From: Phoronis australis
Taxonomy: Eukaryota; Animalia; Phoronida
Direction of reading: 5' to 3'
Length of the DNA stretch: 64,000 nt
NCBI GenBank assembly: GCA_002633005.1
Contig: NMRA01000376.1
Coordinates: 217,564 to 281,563, forward strand
The notes under the pieces are model-generated. The model saw only the letters and a list, made by a program, of their open reading frames with translations. It did no database searches and was not told where the DNA came from. The translations under genes were made by a program, and so were the position numbers. Shown in pieces: positions 39,931-53,290 of this stretch. Each line of letters opens with the position of its first letter. Position 1 is the stretch's first letter.

Positions 39931-42900
39931 ACGAAAAATAGGCAAAGTTGTCGAGGCTTCTCATCTGAACAATTGCGCGCATCAGATGTATATGGAGGCA
40001 TATGATGGTCAGACTGGACATTGCTAATGGATAATTACGTAATTATTTGGAAATTTCTCTTGTATTCATCATGGACAATTGAACAAGACGCATATGTCAA
40101 AATTGCCGACTGCACCAGTTTAATACGTGTATTTACAGTTTCGGGTTATCTAATTAGTGATTCATTTAGATATTACTTGTGAACGACCGTAGCTTAGATT
40201 CGTTAATAAGCGGGCGATATCTGGCCCATAACCGTGTTTGCTATTCCTAAATAGATTAGTTAAAGTGAGACGCTTTCCAATGTGCTATATAGAAATTTCA
40301 TTGGTCTTAATTATGTTATTACGAAGAATTACACATCATTCCGCTTCTTATTTCGGTTTGACGGTTATTCTAATAATTGTCACAGTACTGTTTCCTGGTA
40401 TTTCGCGTCTCATAAATTTAAGTTATTTCATTGTCAACATGTCATTTCGTTGAGCGTTGTGAATTGGAACCGAGGGAGTACATGCTTGAAATCCTGTCAA
40501 CAGCAACAGAATCGAACATTTCCCATAATATCGATAACATTTTATAATAAATTCGATTTTTTTTCCTAACCTTCCCACAGTATTTAGCAATCATTTGATA
40601 TACAATTAAGATAAATTTAGTCCTTCGTCTGCGTATGCGTCCGCCAATTGTTCTAGAGGCGTTTTGGTGCCAGAGGCGTCCAAGTCCAAACAAACTTTAC
40701 AACAACAAAGAAAACCCTGACAAGGTTTTCTCATTCTTTTTTAATTTCTACATATTCAAACCACTATCGCCGCCGGCCAACAGAAGATATGTAACAGTCT
40801 CTTGTGTTAAAGATACCGTCAAGATGCGGTGAAGAAAAGTTCAACTCAGAAATCGGGTCCACCAAATCAAGTCAACGCAATCCGGAGGCACTATTTGCAT
40901 ATATGAGGTTAAGTTAATGTCGGGTTAAAATTTGTACATGGTCGCTCGTCACCACCCGTCGGCGATGGAGGGATATAAACCATCAAATATTTTTGTCATT
41001 TATCTATGTCAGTCACAATGCGACTTTGTAATCGGAGGCTCGTGAGTGGTAAGGTAATGATTAAGCCGTGGAATTTACACCGATAATTAGATATTTATGC
41101 CCGCAGATTGGTAATTGGATTTTAAATATGACTCGCTTTACAAGCATTTGTTTTTCCTATTAGCAGTGTGTAAGCTTCGTTGTTTATATGTCTACATATA
41201 TAGCAAGACTGGTGTGTGAAGCTACACACCAGCACTAACACATGCCCGTTGTTTATGTTGGAGTGTCCATATACAATCACGCGTCCATCAAACTATCCCG
41301 GGATGATTGATGACTCCTCTGGTGCAGTAATCGGAACTGACAGATTCTGATCTTGTAAACTAAGTCACATTAATGTCTGAATGTGAACGGTGGCCACCTC
41401 AGTATTCTGTGTCTTGACAAAGAATGGAGAAGTTTTAGTTTGTAGCACAGGGTAACATACTACATTTTTGACCGAGATTTTTCTACTCAAATTTCGAGGC
41501 CTCGAGCCGAATTAACTTAATTTGTGTCGAATTTAAAAATAAGGTATATTCATGTTTCCGAAATGAAAAACGACTAATTGACGTAAACATGATACGCGAC
41601 GGTATTTTAGGCTAAAATGCATGGTGCCTCGCGTTTTATCGAAAACTAGGCTTGTGATTGCCCCGAGAAGTGAGTTTTATTAATTATCTTTCTTGATATA
41701 ATAAAAACGTACAGTGCGAACGTGGCATTAGACATTCATTACGTTTACATACGAACTGTTTTAACACAAAATAGGATTGGGTAATTTACCAGTAACAACA
41801 CGACAATTTTACCTTTTCAATTTATTTGATGTTCAAAGCAGGAAATTAGGAAAATGACTAAGAAATGTTAAAAGCAACAAAAACGATGAACTGTACAGTA
41901 GCAAGAACAGTTGTAAAGCAATTGCGTCAATTGCAAGCATTCGAAAGAGCCATGGGCGGTCTAGGAGCGAATAGCATTGACATGTAAATAGAATTAACAT
42001 CTACCTTATACACTTCACCTGTTCAACAATTCCTTAATGACAGGAAAGCATACACGATTCCACCTGTCAAAGAAGTAAACGATGCGATAGATAGGGCAAG
42101 CGATTCGCTAGACCTCTCTCGTTTTACGACTTGTCAGAATAGATAATTCTGCCCTATGTTCCGACAACAGTTACGTCACTCACAGCATGTCGGTGCTGGG
42201 AATGATCTAGCGGAGCACCTGCTGGGAAGTTCAGGGAGGCATTTTTATATTTAATGAGGAATGCGTGTTAGGTTCCGGGGGGCGTGCAGTTTATTCCAAG
42301 ACGTTACAACCAAAAAGATATATTGTTTGAAGACAGGTGTGAACTTATCTCTGTAAACACCAAGAGGTTAGTCCGTATATATATTTTTTTTAAAGATGAC
42401 ATTTACGGTAATTATTTGACAATTCGCACAAACAGTGTTCTAAGTTTGATTTCGTTACAACAATCAGCGAGAATTTCAGCAAGCATTGTTTAGCTGCAGA
42501 CATACGGTTCAAACTGTGCACAAGAAAAGTAAAAGTATCTTAAGTTTTCTTTTTGATTAGCAGAAAATTCATAAAATGAGATTGAACAATTCTGCCACAC
42601 AGTGTCATAAATAGATGAAGACCTACTGTGTTGTTAAATTGGATTTTAATGTCAGAGAAATAACAAAGTAGGCCAAGAAGTATGAAGCCGGTCAAATTTT
42701 ACTCAGTGCAAATGCTGGCACGGAACTCGACAACTTTTCAAAATTTACCAAAACTGCTAACATCACACTAAATCTTGTTTATTTTCCATCATAATAATCA
42801 TAGACACACACAGCCTCCACGTCTATGATAATAATGTCTATTCCGTAAAAAACAGTATCAAATAACTGATAAATTGTGTATTTTATTCTTTTGTGTCACT

Positions 42901-45379
42901 TAACGTGGTCAATTCTTTTCCCATGTGATAAATTGATGTTTCGGCTGAATCGCTTTTTTTCTTTTCTCAGGAGCACAGACACTGTCGTCACACGACCAGG
43001 TTGCACTGTGGGTAAAACGCAAGATCTGCAGCGTATTGTGCCGCTCTTATCAAATTTAAATTTTTCATTTCTCTTTTCCCACGACAAATACAACATAAAT
43101 CTAAAATCTATTTTAATTCAAAGTTTCTTGAAGGTTTACGATTACAAATTTAAGCACAGAATTTGCGTTAGGCAACGATTTCCTGTTTAGCATTTGGTAT
43201 ACAAAATGTTGATTTCAGTGACATTTTTTACATGTAAAAAGCGATTTTTTAAGCGATCATTGAAAACACTCCCAGTTTTTTTCGTCATGCACAAGCCAGG
43301 AGCGCCCATGAAAGTGGTCTCCTTGAAAGAAAGGTCGACTTTCAATAATTAAATTGTCAAAACGTTTAGAGTCTTGCCTAGTCCATAACCCGAGAGAAAC
43401 GATAGTGTGTTATCATTTTTTGTAGTGGGCAGGTTTCCACCAACGTACGTTTGCCCCCCGTTACGACTCTGTACCCGTTATTAATTTATCCTAAGCTTTA
43501 TACCTGGTAATTTTGAAGCGCGGTAATCTGCCCTTGTACAACTGCCGCGCGGGGTTGTTTTATTTACAAACTATTTTCTTAAACAATTTATGTCGGTAAT
43601 TACCGTGTAATCGTAGCTTAATTTTAAGATAACCAGCCGAGTGACGAGAAAATTGAAGATTCATTTAGACTAGGATACATTTACAAAAGGCAAACAATGA
43701 CGGCGCTAAGTGAATAAATTGAATCAAGCCCGTGTAAGACCTCTCTCAGCCATCTGGCCGAGTTTACCGTGTGTCATACAAAAAGAGCATATTGTCGCCA
43801 AACTGTTAGCGCGCTCAGGTGGGCCGTTAGATTGACGCACGAGCGACATTTTTTACTCTCGGCAATTACCAAGTAATTTTGATCGAAACAGCACTAAAAG
43901 GAGATAAGTGTTTTGTAACAAGTTGCGAAAGGCGCCACAGCTACAACAGACGCGCTGGTGTTTGAAATTGATGCAAAACGTTTTTGAAATTGATCCGGAC
44001 AAGCCGCGCTTAATTGGGTTTCGCTGCCGCTATTATGTGTAGCTGACAATGTATAGAATTTGGTTTAATTAATTGTGAAAACACTCTGAGGAAACATGTA
44101 AAATCACAAAAAACAGTGCGTGTTTGTTAACAGTAAGACAGTAGTTGCCTATTTTTGGCCCTTGGGTTGTTTTGATCAATTCTACATCTCAGTTTGTTTA
44201 GAACAACAAAAAAGCTTCGAGCTCTTTCCACTATTTCTTTGATACGATTATCGCAAAAGCTAGTACTCAGTACCGCAAACCCCCCCCCTCGCCCCACGTA
44301 ATATGCCAAACCCGGCAGTGCTTTTGTGTGTACATATGTAGGGTGCTTTCTGAAGTCGCATCACCTCCATCACAAACCGCGGTCTATGCATAATTTGACG
44401 AGTGTAAGTGAGGAACAGTCAAGCATTTCTGACATTCTATGTTTTCAATGTTGCTTCAGTCAAACGTGAAAATGGTCCGTTAAAAACCGATGTTTATAAG
44501 ACTGATACCCTGCGAAAAACGAGTGTTCCGTGCCACACAGAAGAAAAAGCTCTTTCACGTCATCACCTAGCAACATCTGTTAGTTGAGTGGTGGGACATG
44601 TAAAACATACCACGTATACACGACAGATTTGTCTTAATTGCGTTTAAAGAAACCCTTTCCTTTTTCCATCACTTAGGCAGATTTTTCTATGAAATATCAC
44701 TAAAATATTAAAATTTCGTAAACCACGGCCCTGTTTCGACTTTTTCAAATTCACTGTCAATTCTTCAAGTTCATAAAAAGTAAAGTTGATGAACGCCGAG
44801 TGGTGCGCTAACAAAATTTAAACTTAAAAAAATTCTATACCCAATTCTGTTAATGCTAAAAACTTATGAAGTGTTGTAAATGAACTGTTTGAAGTTTTGA
44901 CTGAATTGGTTTGCGTCACAGTGAAGCTTTTAACATGGAAGGGAGAAGAGTACTCTTTTATAACTCCATTATTACTAGTTATTAGTTAGCCAGACTGTTC
45001 CCTTTTCAATTTGTGCCATTTTTAAAGAAATGCTGGATAAAATTGATGGCTTAGGGCTGATTGCTTAGGATGTTTGGGCCTTTAAATTGAAATGTTGTGT
45101 AACAATTGATTGTAAACCTTGAACTATCTGCAGGCCAAATAACGGCGAATTTCTTCAATTATTGAGTATTTCTTCCCACGAAAAACCCAGATGCACCATA
45201 TAACTTATTGACTGGTAATAATTACATTTCCCTTCACATGCCAATCAATTCCACAGTAAATGTTAGTGGTTAATGTATTTTAAGTGATTCTATAAAGTTT
45301 TTACCAACCGACACCTGCCCGGACACAAATAGGTGCCAGCTCTAATTTGTTAAAATGAACTTGAAGGAAATCATTAAGT

Positions 45380-45991
45380 TAAACTCACTCGCGAGTGCGT
45401 TTTATGACACCTGATTCCAAATGATACTTTTTGCAAGTACTATTCTCGACTTCCGTTACACGCGTCACAACCGAGTATTTCTGCAGCACCTCACCTGTGT
45501 CGACTTTTAGCCGATGACTAGATCACCTCTCGTGACTATTAGTGAGACTAAACAAAATACGTACATAACCAAGTTCAAGAGCGAAAATAAAATTTAAGAA
45601 ACGGTCCAGGTAGAGTGAAGTTTTTTTTGTGCGACTCTCAACTTGAAAATCTTTTGCTCCGGGAAGGAAATTGTCTCCATGAGAAGTTGAGCATCTCAGC
45701 CTCAGCCATGGAGTGATATGACAGCTTTTCCATATTTTCGGTGATTTCACGCAATTTGACACCATAGCGATCAAATTTTTACCTTTTTATCTACAAAACT
45801 AGCTCGCATTCGTTTAGTATCAAAGGATATGAACAAAGAGCTGAAGAAAGAACTTCGTTTCAATGATGTCGTTGACAAACTTTGGGAGGACCAAATACCG
45901 GAAACATCTCTTGGCAGACGAGACTGAGCAAACACGTTTCTGCTCGTTGGCTTTTCTGATTTGGAAATTGCGGCAAATTCCATTCAAATTG
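45380..45991 (+). promoter_or_regulatory. Candidate promoter and first exon of an unidentified plus-strand gene divergent from Irx
   Basis: Palindrome CACTCGCGAGTG (45386-45397), ETS-type ACTTCCG (45449-45455) and splice donor TG|GTAAGA at 45991/45992. CpG collapses and the plus strand looks T-rich (intron-like) just downstream. Confidence 0.45.
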
Positions 45992-48900
45992 GTAAGATAA
46001 AAGGAACATATACAAGGCTAATACATTGTTTTGTATAGTTCAACGCACACCGCCCTCGGAGACCGGGCGCATAATCCGAGACCGTCCAGTTACTTGTGTT
46101 ATTTGTTTTGCCTGCTTCACCTTGCAGTTGCACTTCACTTGTGTGACACTTGTACTGCTTTCCTTGCCCTTGCCCTGGGCCTTGGCTGTTGGTCTCATTG
46201 GCTTTGGCCGAGTTAGCTCTATGGCTAACCCTCTCACCCAGTGAAATGTTCACAGTCATTCCCTAGGACCAGAATCAACGGAAGTAAAAGTAGCTTTTTG
46301 ACTTTGAACCGAGATCATGGGCATGGGCTCATCGATGGAGGATTCCTGGAGGTGTGTGGAATCTTCTTTTTGTGCTTCGAAACCTGAGGTGGTATTTTTA
46401 CTGGCCAGAATGAAAATTTGTGACCCATGTGATGTTTATACCAAAAGAGCTAGATTTGTGACCTACATCTACATCTATACCTATTTGAGAGAGGCTTAAA
46501 AACATGACCCATGTTTGTACCTCATTACCAAATAATACCCTATCCTACCGTTAGTCAACTTTTTAACATCACTCCAGTATTCATGTCATGCAAAGCTTTA
46601 CCTCCCAACTCATTTTTATTTCCACTTTTATGAACTGACATTCCAAATTTATATCAAAATCGAAAGCTTCCTAAATCCATACCAGAAGGATGCGGAATGT
46701 CCCCACTATCCCATTACACTAAAAGCCCCCCCCNGCCTCCTCCTCCCCTCCTCAGCATGACAAGTCATGGGAAATCCTTTTGTTTTGCTACCCGGTGTCC
46801 GTAAAATTTGTCTGTTGTGAATGTAAGTAATGGCAATGGCATATGGACAAGCCAGTCTCGTTTTGAAAACTGAGGTCATACTTTTTCAGTCATATGAGTA
46901 CTGATAACAAGCAGCAATATGTCTACTCTTTCATCAGTGTCAAAATCAATAAATGTGGAATTGTTCAATTTTTATTTTGGTTAATGGCAATGACCTATGG
47001 CAATTCTCTGCTTATTTCACTCAAAATAATTGCCAAAATAGTCCTTTTCTATTTTTCAAAGGCTGATTATCTTGTTGTAATTAATGGAAACCTCATCAAA
47101 TATTTTGTTATGACATCTACATGCTACACAGCATGCTGGTAATTGACTAAAATGTTTTTGATCTTTCCTTTTGTGGAGAAATTTGACAAATAGAATTTCA
47201 CTTGTGGGCCTTACTGTGTCCTAAATAAGTGGAGAATTGCTGTATTATGGGAAGTCTACCTTGTTTGGAACATTTATGTCACTGCCAATATTTTTGAATC
47301 ATGGGAGCGCTAGAACTAAAAATGCATCTAATCTTTCATCACGGTCATAATCAATAACTGTTACGAAATTGTTCAAACCTTATTTTGCTACGTAGTGGCC
47401 AGCTTAGGCAAATATTACTTAAACTCCACTGAAAAAGTAATTTGACCCTTCATTTTCAATAGACCTTGACTGAGCACAAATGTTTAAGAAAACTGTTTGG
47501 CTCATGATTTATTAAAAATAAAGATGTTAGAAGTGATCTTATATTTTATATTTTGAACCAATAGATTCGCTTTGCGAGCCACAGTAATGAAATTATTTCA
47601 GAATATTCAATAAGCATTAAGCTGTTGTTTCAACTGAGAGGGCAGGTGCCCTGAAAATCACTCGGTCATTCTGCTACTGCACAGTTGTAGTTTATTTCAT
47701 TATATGTGTTATGAATGCTTCCACAAAGAGGATTTCTGTGTCAATATTCAATATTTAGTTGTGCAAAAATATGTTGTTCATTTGCACTGCTGTTTGGAGA
47801 AAAACATTGCAGAATATTTTTGCTGTACCAAAGTAACAAAAAGCAGTCCTCAATCACAGTTTTTGTTGTATGGTGGTTTTTGCTGGTTGCTCTGAATCTA
47901 AAAAATCTGAAGTTTATTAAATTCCAATATGTCTATGTGCTTTACATTTGTCTTAATTTTCATCATGGGATTATATTTTTATTGTATGAGTGCCGGAATA
48001 TGTTGGACAACCAGTCAAACTTGCGTTATTTTTAAGTGCTAGTGCTAATAATTGCACTTGTTAGGCAAAAAGTAGTCTTCAAGAAGAGTCCTATGTATGT
48101 TTGCTGTTAGCAATAAGAATAAACTAAATTTTACTGAGCTTCCTGAATGCAATGTATGAAACATGTTCACATGACAGACTATCAAATTTCTGCTTTATCC
48201 ACTCCCGAATCTATGAAGACTAATGTCTTTAAAATAATTGTTTAAGTTTAGATAGGCAGAGATTACCATACCATAATTAACTATTTTTTTGTTATATGAA
48301 CTGAGTCTAGGACCACCGTTACTCCCAGACTGAGTCAAGACGAAAGGACAAGACAATTTAGTCTAACCTTTTTTTTGTTAAATTTTCATTTGTGTTATGC
48401 TAATTTTGTTTTGAAAATACTAAACTTCAAACAAGAGTGGGTAACTATCGTGATGTGATGTTGATATAATTTGTAGCTCATGAAGTATGCTGATATGTTC
48501 ACTCATAGATTTTCATCTTGTTTGTATGACTAAGCTATTTGTAAAGAGAAGCAGCCCGCCCATTCTGCACTGCACTTTGTCAAAAATGACCAGAAACAGA
48601 ACCAAACTGCAATCCTGGGTACTGTACCTCATTGCTAAGGTCGTGCACCTCACTACATCGAAACAGTTGTAACATTTCCAGTAACGTTTACAGTAAAAAA
48701 CCTTTCCATCAACAGTACATGAGTGATCTGCTAAACAGTCTGTTAATGTCATGAGGTGGGAATGTCAGCCCCAGGATGTTAAGTACTCTCATTGTAAACA
48801 TAAAACAGAAGTAAAAAAGAAAGCGGTTTGGCCAGTTGGTGCTGCCAGTTCACCAAAGCTTAAAATAGTCCTCGTCTTTCTTGCTTGATAACAAACACAA

Positions 48901-50538
48901 GTTCAAAGGTCACTTAATTCAAACAATGTCGTGCTCAGTATTTTTGAAGACGTCCCATTTATTTCTTTATTTCTAAAATTTTAAAAATAATTGCCTTGCT
49001 TATTTCTCCATGAAATCTGATCTAATAATGATTACATAAGTTGTATTGTTTGTTTACAACAATTTTGCTCCCAATCTAGAGTTCTTTTGTGCTGATCTGA
49101 ACATCCCACCATAAGTGTCTGATCGCCCCTCTCAAAACTAATGGGTTCCTTATTATATTTAATCGCAACTGGACTTGTACCATGCTGATGGGCATCGAAA
49201 CTACTGATTTCAAAGTAGGCCTGGTGAATTGAGAGTCATTACTTAGAATAAGGTACTAGCAATATAATTTCAAAGAGTTTGCCATTTCTTTCTAAACTAA
49301 GTTTTTAATTTGGATTTTTTATTTTTTAACAGATAATCTCATCAGCGCAGACCTCTGCTTTTCATGAAGGTGCTGAACTCATTCACACTGGTCATGCACT
49401 TTCTCATGTCGTAAAGGTATGGTAATGTTTCAGCAAATTCAAAGAAAATACATTTGCCGAAATTGTCGTTTTCCTTTTTTGTCAAAAGCGCACTGCAATT
49501 TTATCATGCGTTTGCTGTTGACAGTCCAAATAATGAAGTAAAGTTTTCCTCCTGTTTGTTTACATTCAACAAAAATGTACAAACTTTGAGGAGGCAAGAG
49601 AACACTAGTTTCGTGCAACTTTTGATTTGTTTATAAAAATCATAGAAGTCCTATTTTTGACAAGCTCTCATACCTAGTGGAACATTTTATAAAACAACAG
49701 TTACGGAGACGACATAAGCAAGCACAGTACAATATGTCCGTGAAAATTTCATACTGTACCAATCTGCCATTCCTCAGATATGTTCAGAAATTAGCCAACT
49801 TTGGCCATGTTTCTAGAATTCTACTTAAGCTAGAGTGCCACGGAACTCTTATGTGCCATACTCGCCTGAGGTTGCATTGTTGTATAAGATGACTGAGAGA
49901 GGGCAGCACAACTTGACCTGATCTTCCATCTTTCCTGCCTTGTGGAGCTAGCAACATTGCCATAGCAAAGTTGAGTTCTCCGGCCCAAAGTCATAACACG
50001 CAATATTACTTTTCTTGAAAAATTGTGCTACTTGAGGTATAGAAATTGCTAAGGTGTAAAAATTGAGCTTGGATATGATAGTTGGAATTAAGTGCCTTTA
50101 ACACTCTTTTATTTTTGAGGTGTTTTTTGAAAATATTTTCATGACATTTGGAACTGACACTAAAGGGGCCATTTAGATGTCTGACATTCAAATCGGCTAT
50201 AATAAACCTGAAACGTTGTATCTTGTGATAAAAATAAAAAACAGGGGTCAACAGTGGGTCACTTATATTTATTACAAAGCTCAAATCAAATTAATAAAAT
50301 TGTATTACACTTCAACTGAGTTGCTTGTTAAGTAGCCAATATTTCTTACTACCCTCAAGACATGTTAGTAGACAGTGTGGCTGCTAACTGACTCCAAGTA
50401 ACATTAACAACGCTCATTATTTAGAATACAAATGACTCTTCAAACTTGAAACTCCACTTTATAAGACTGAGTGGCAGTTTTCAAAAGCATATTTACCGTA
50501 CCTGGTCTGGCATTGATTTGCTCTACAGAAAATATGGT

Positions 50539-50642
50539 AATAGGCACTCACAGGGGTCCCCAGATTTTGAGAACCAGATTTCTCCACTGAATAGTGAGTG
50601 TTAAACTGGTTCTCAAATTCCGGACCCCTGTCGGTGACTATT
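50539..50642. repeat. About 100-nt imperfect palindrome (hairpin/MITE-like)
   Basis: ACAGGGGTCC/GGACCCCTGT, TTTGAGAACCAG/CTGGTTCTCAAA and CACT/AGTG nest into one stem with a GAAT loop. Confidence 0.75.
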
Positions 50643-53134
50643 GGCCAAAAATATTACAAAACAAACTATCCAACAATTCCTGTTAAGTTATTTCACGTTC
50701 TGGGTATTTTTCTCATTTTGAATAAATTAGCATTTGAAATGAGAGGAGATCATTTGAAAAGAAAGTGTGGTACGTGTATGACAGTTGAAAAATTTACCTG
50801 ATGAGGACTGATTTTGTATCAACAAAATTTGCGTGCTAACGAACTCATAATTTGTCAGTGTAGTGTGATGAGATTAAATATTGACAAAATCTAAACTATT
50901 CCATCAATTCTCATCAGGCTTTAACACAATGTGCAGTTAGTACCATGAGTGCAATAATGCTGCTGTTACTGTTACTGAAATGATCTAACTACTATTTTTG
51001 GATGTCAACCTCTGGGCTACCGAGAAGAGTAGCAATGTTTTCTTTAAAGGGACGTGCTACATATCATCAGATTCTGTCGCTATAGGGCTGTTGACTGCTT
51101 TCTGTTAGTAAAATAGACCAAGTTAGATATTGTTGTCATCACTAAAACAAAAACATTAGTTGTAAAGCTTGGCTACCAACCTAAATGGCAGTGTTTCGCT
51201 TATTTGGGTAAAATTTAGTGTGATAATTTCACAGCAGTTTGTTGGGTATTTTGCTTCAAGCAATTATTTTTCACAGTAGTTGGGTATTATACTTTAAGTA
51301 AAACATTTCACTTACAGTAATTCTTAAAAGGTTTGTTTGCATTATGTTACACAGTGGTGTTTTTTTTCTTTTAGGGCAAAATCACCCTGTAACAACTTGA
51401 TAAGAATTTAGAAAATGCATTTGACCTGTGGGACAGAAGCACTTGAACCAAACTGAATTACCATTCAAACAGATACTATGGAACAGAGCAAGCAACAGAA
51501 CTCAAGTAACAAGCAAAAGGTACAACTGAAACTTGTGACTGGCGATAAAGCTGAGTAGAAGAAACCCCTATAGCAGGTGTTAATGTCTTTTGGCTGGTCC
51601 ATAATACTATACCTTGCTCATTATTTAGTTCTAGATGTCACTAGATTTGACAGTTGACGTGGATTTGGTCGTGACTTGAGGCAAATGGCAATTTGTTCAA
51701 GAATAGGTGCTGTATCCTTATCTTATTAGAAACAATCTGATTTAGCATCTTTATATAGTTTCAAGCTAAAGTTGTTGACAAAAGCCAGCATTAGACTTCT
51801 TGTCCATGTTGATGCCCTTGTTTGGTTAAATGCCCACCTCTCAGTCCACAATTTCACTCTTTGTAACCATACACATATGCTTGATTGTAATGCCATCCTT
51901 GATTTGTCTGGACTTTTAGTTCCTTAAACCTTCGTATTTTTACGGTGGCTCATTTCACTAGCTCCTAAAATGCACGTAGTTCGCCTGCCTGCATCTCGTC
52001 ATTTTTTATAGTTACGCTTGCACCTGAAGTTGCTTACATAAAAACAACTCCTGTTTGCTAGCCAGAATGAATGTTCTGATTTCAAGCAAACGCCCACCCC
52101 TTGTTAAAATAATTACAGTTTGAAGCGCCCATGCTCGGTTGAACCACCCCCTGCCCCAGTGCGTGAATGCATCAGTTAGGATTTCAAAGTCAAAGTCTTC
52201 AATGTTTATTTTTGATGAAGAATTTGATAGTTGAAATTGATATGTATGCCTTCTCAACCTGCTAAATTGGTGTATGCCATTTATCTTCACCTCCTTCCAG
52301 TTGGTCTTGGGAGGAGGTTATGTTTTCATAGTTATGACTATAATTGTACAAGTCTTATTCGTCCTCATTCAGTCCTACAGTACTAGACAAAAGTAATAGA
52401 GAAAATGTGTCATGACTGCTGATAATTCTGTTAACAGCAAAAATGTCTGGTAATAGCAATTAGGGCTGCAAAATTTTAATTACAGACTGGTATCATTAGC
52501 CACCTTAGTAACTTTCCTGTCAATTCTCCTTCCTTCTTGGTCAGAGGGAAGACTACTCTGATGGTTCAACTTTCATCCAGCCTTCATGAGGGGGAGTTCT
52601 GGGTAATTCTTTCTGAACACTTTTGACTTGTATTCTCAAACAGTACCAATTACACACCCTCTCTCCATGCCAGTGCCTTAAGGTTATGTAGGCCTTATGG
52701 ACTAGTGAGTGTATTTAGTCAAATATCTACAAAGCAATAGATTTTAACTCCAAGTAAAAATATTTTTTTTAAAAGTGCGAGATAGCCTGTAGAATTTGAT
52801 GTTTGATGTTGTATCAATATGCCATTAATTGGGTCACATGACCATGTTTTTTATTGAAATTTATCAGAACAGAGAGGTATATGCTCACAATGTAACAATA
52901 GCATGACAAGTTTCATTGTTCCGGCCAGTTGAAATCTCAAACGCTGTTAATTTTTCTAAATTATCGTTTCATTTTGTATAACTTTTGAGTGTTTCAATAG
53001 AAATAAAAAATCCTATTTTGACAGTCCCTCAACAGTGGAAGATTTAAAAGTGATCCCTACCAGCATTTTGAAAAACAGTTAAACCTAAAGCATAATATCT
53101 GAAAGTTTTGTAAGAATCTGATCAGTCGTGTCAG

Positions 53135-53290
53135 CAGTGCTGCAGTGGGTCGTAGGCGCATGTAGGCGCAGCCAACCACCTTTTGGGGTTTGAACGTAGC
53201 GCCTACGCACCGTACGTTACCTTAAGTGCTTAAGGTGATACCGTGGGCTATGGGCACCTACATACCTCTAATTTTACCACTACAGCACTG
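53135..53290. mobile_element. hAT-type MITE
   Basis: TIRs CAGTGCTGCAGTGG / CCACTACAGCACTG; 8-bp TSD CGTGTCAG / TGTGTCAG (one C>T at a CpG). Confidence 0.85.

Noticed and set aside
41209-41232. Perfect 9-bp hairpin as a Helitron 3' end
   Set aside because: Spacing to a CTRR end does not fit, and no second copy is visible.
45771-46259. Minus-strand ORFs of 70-91 aa at the CpG boundary
   Set aside because: No homology, and partly low-complexity (GQGQGK). Splice donor and strand skew favour plus-strand transcription.
50798-50830. Other CTGATGA motifs (also 17822) as hammerhead cores
   Set aside because: No stem II followed by GAAA, and no cleavage triplet.
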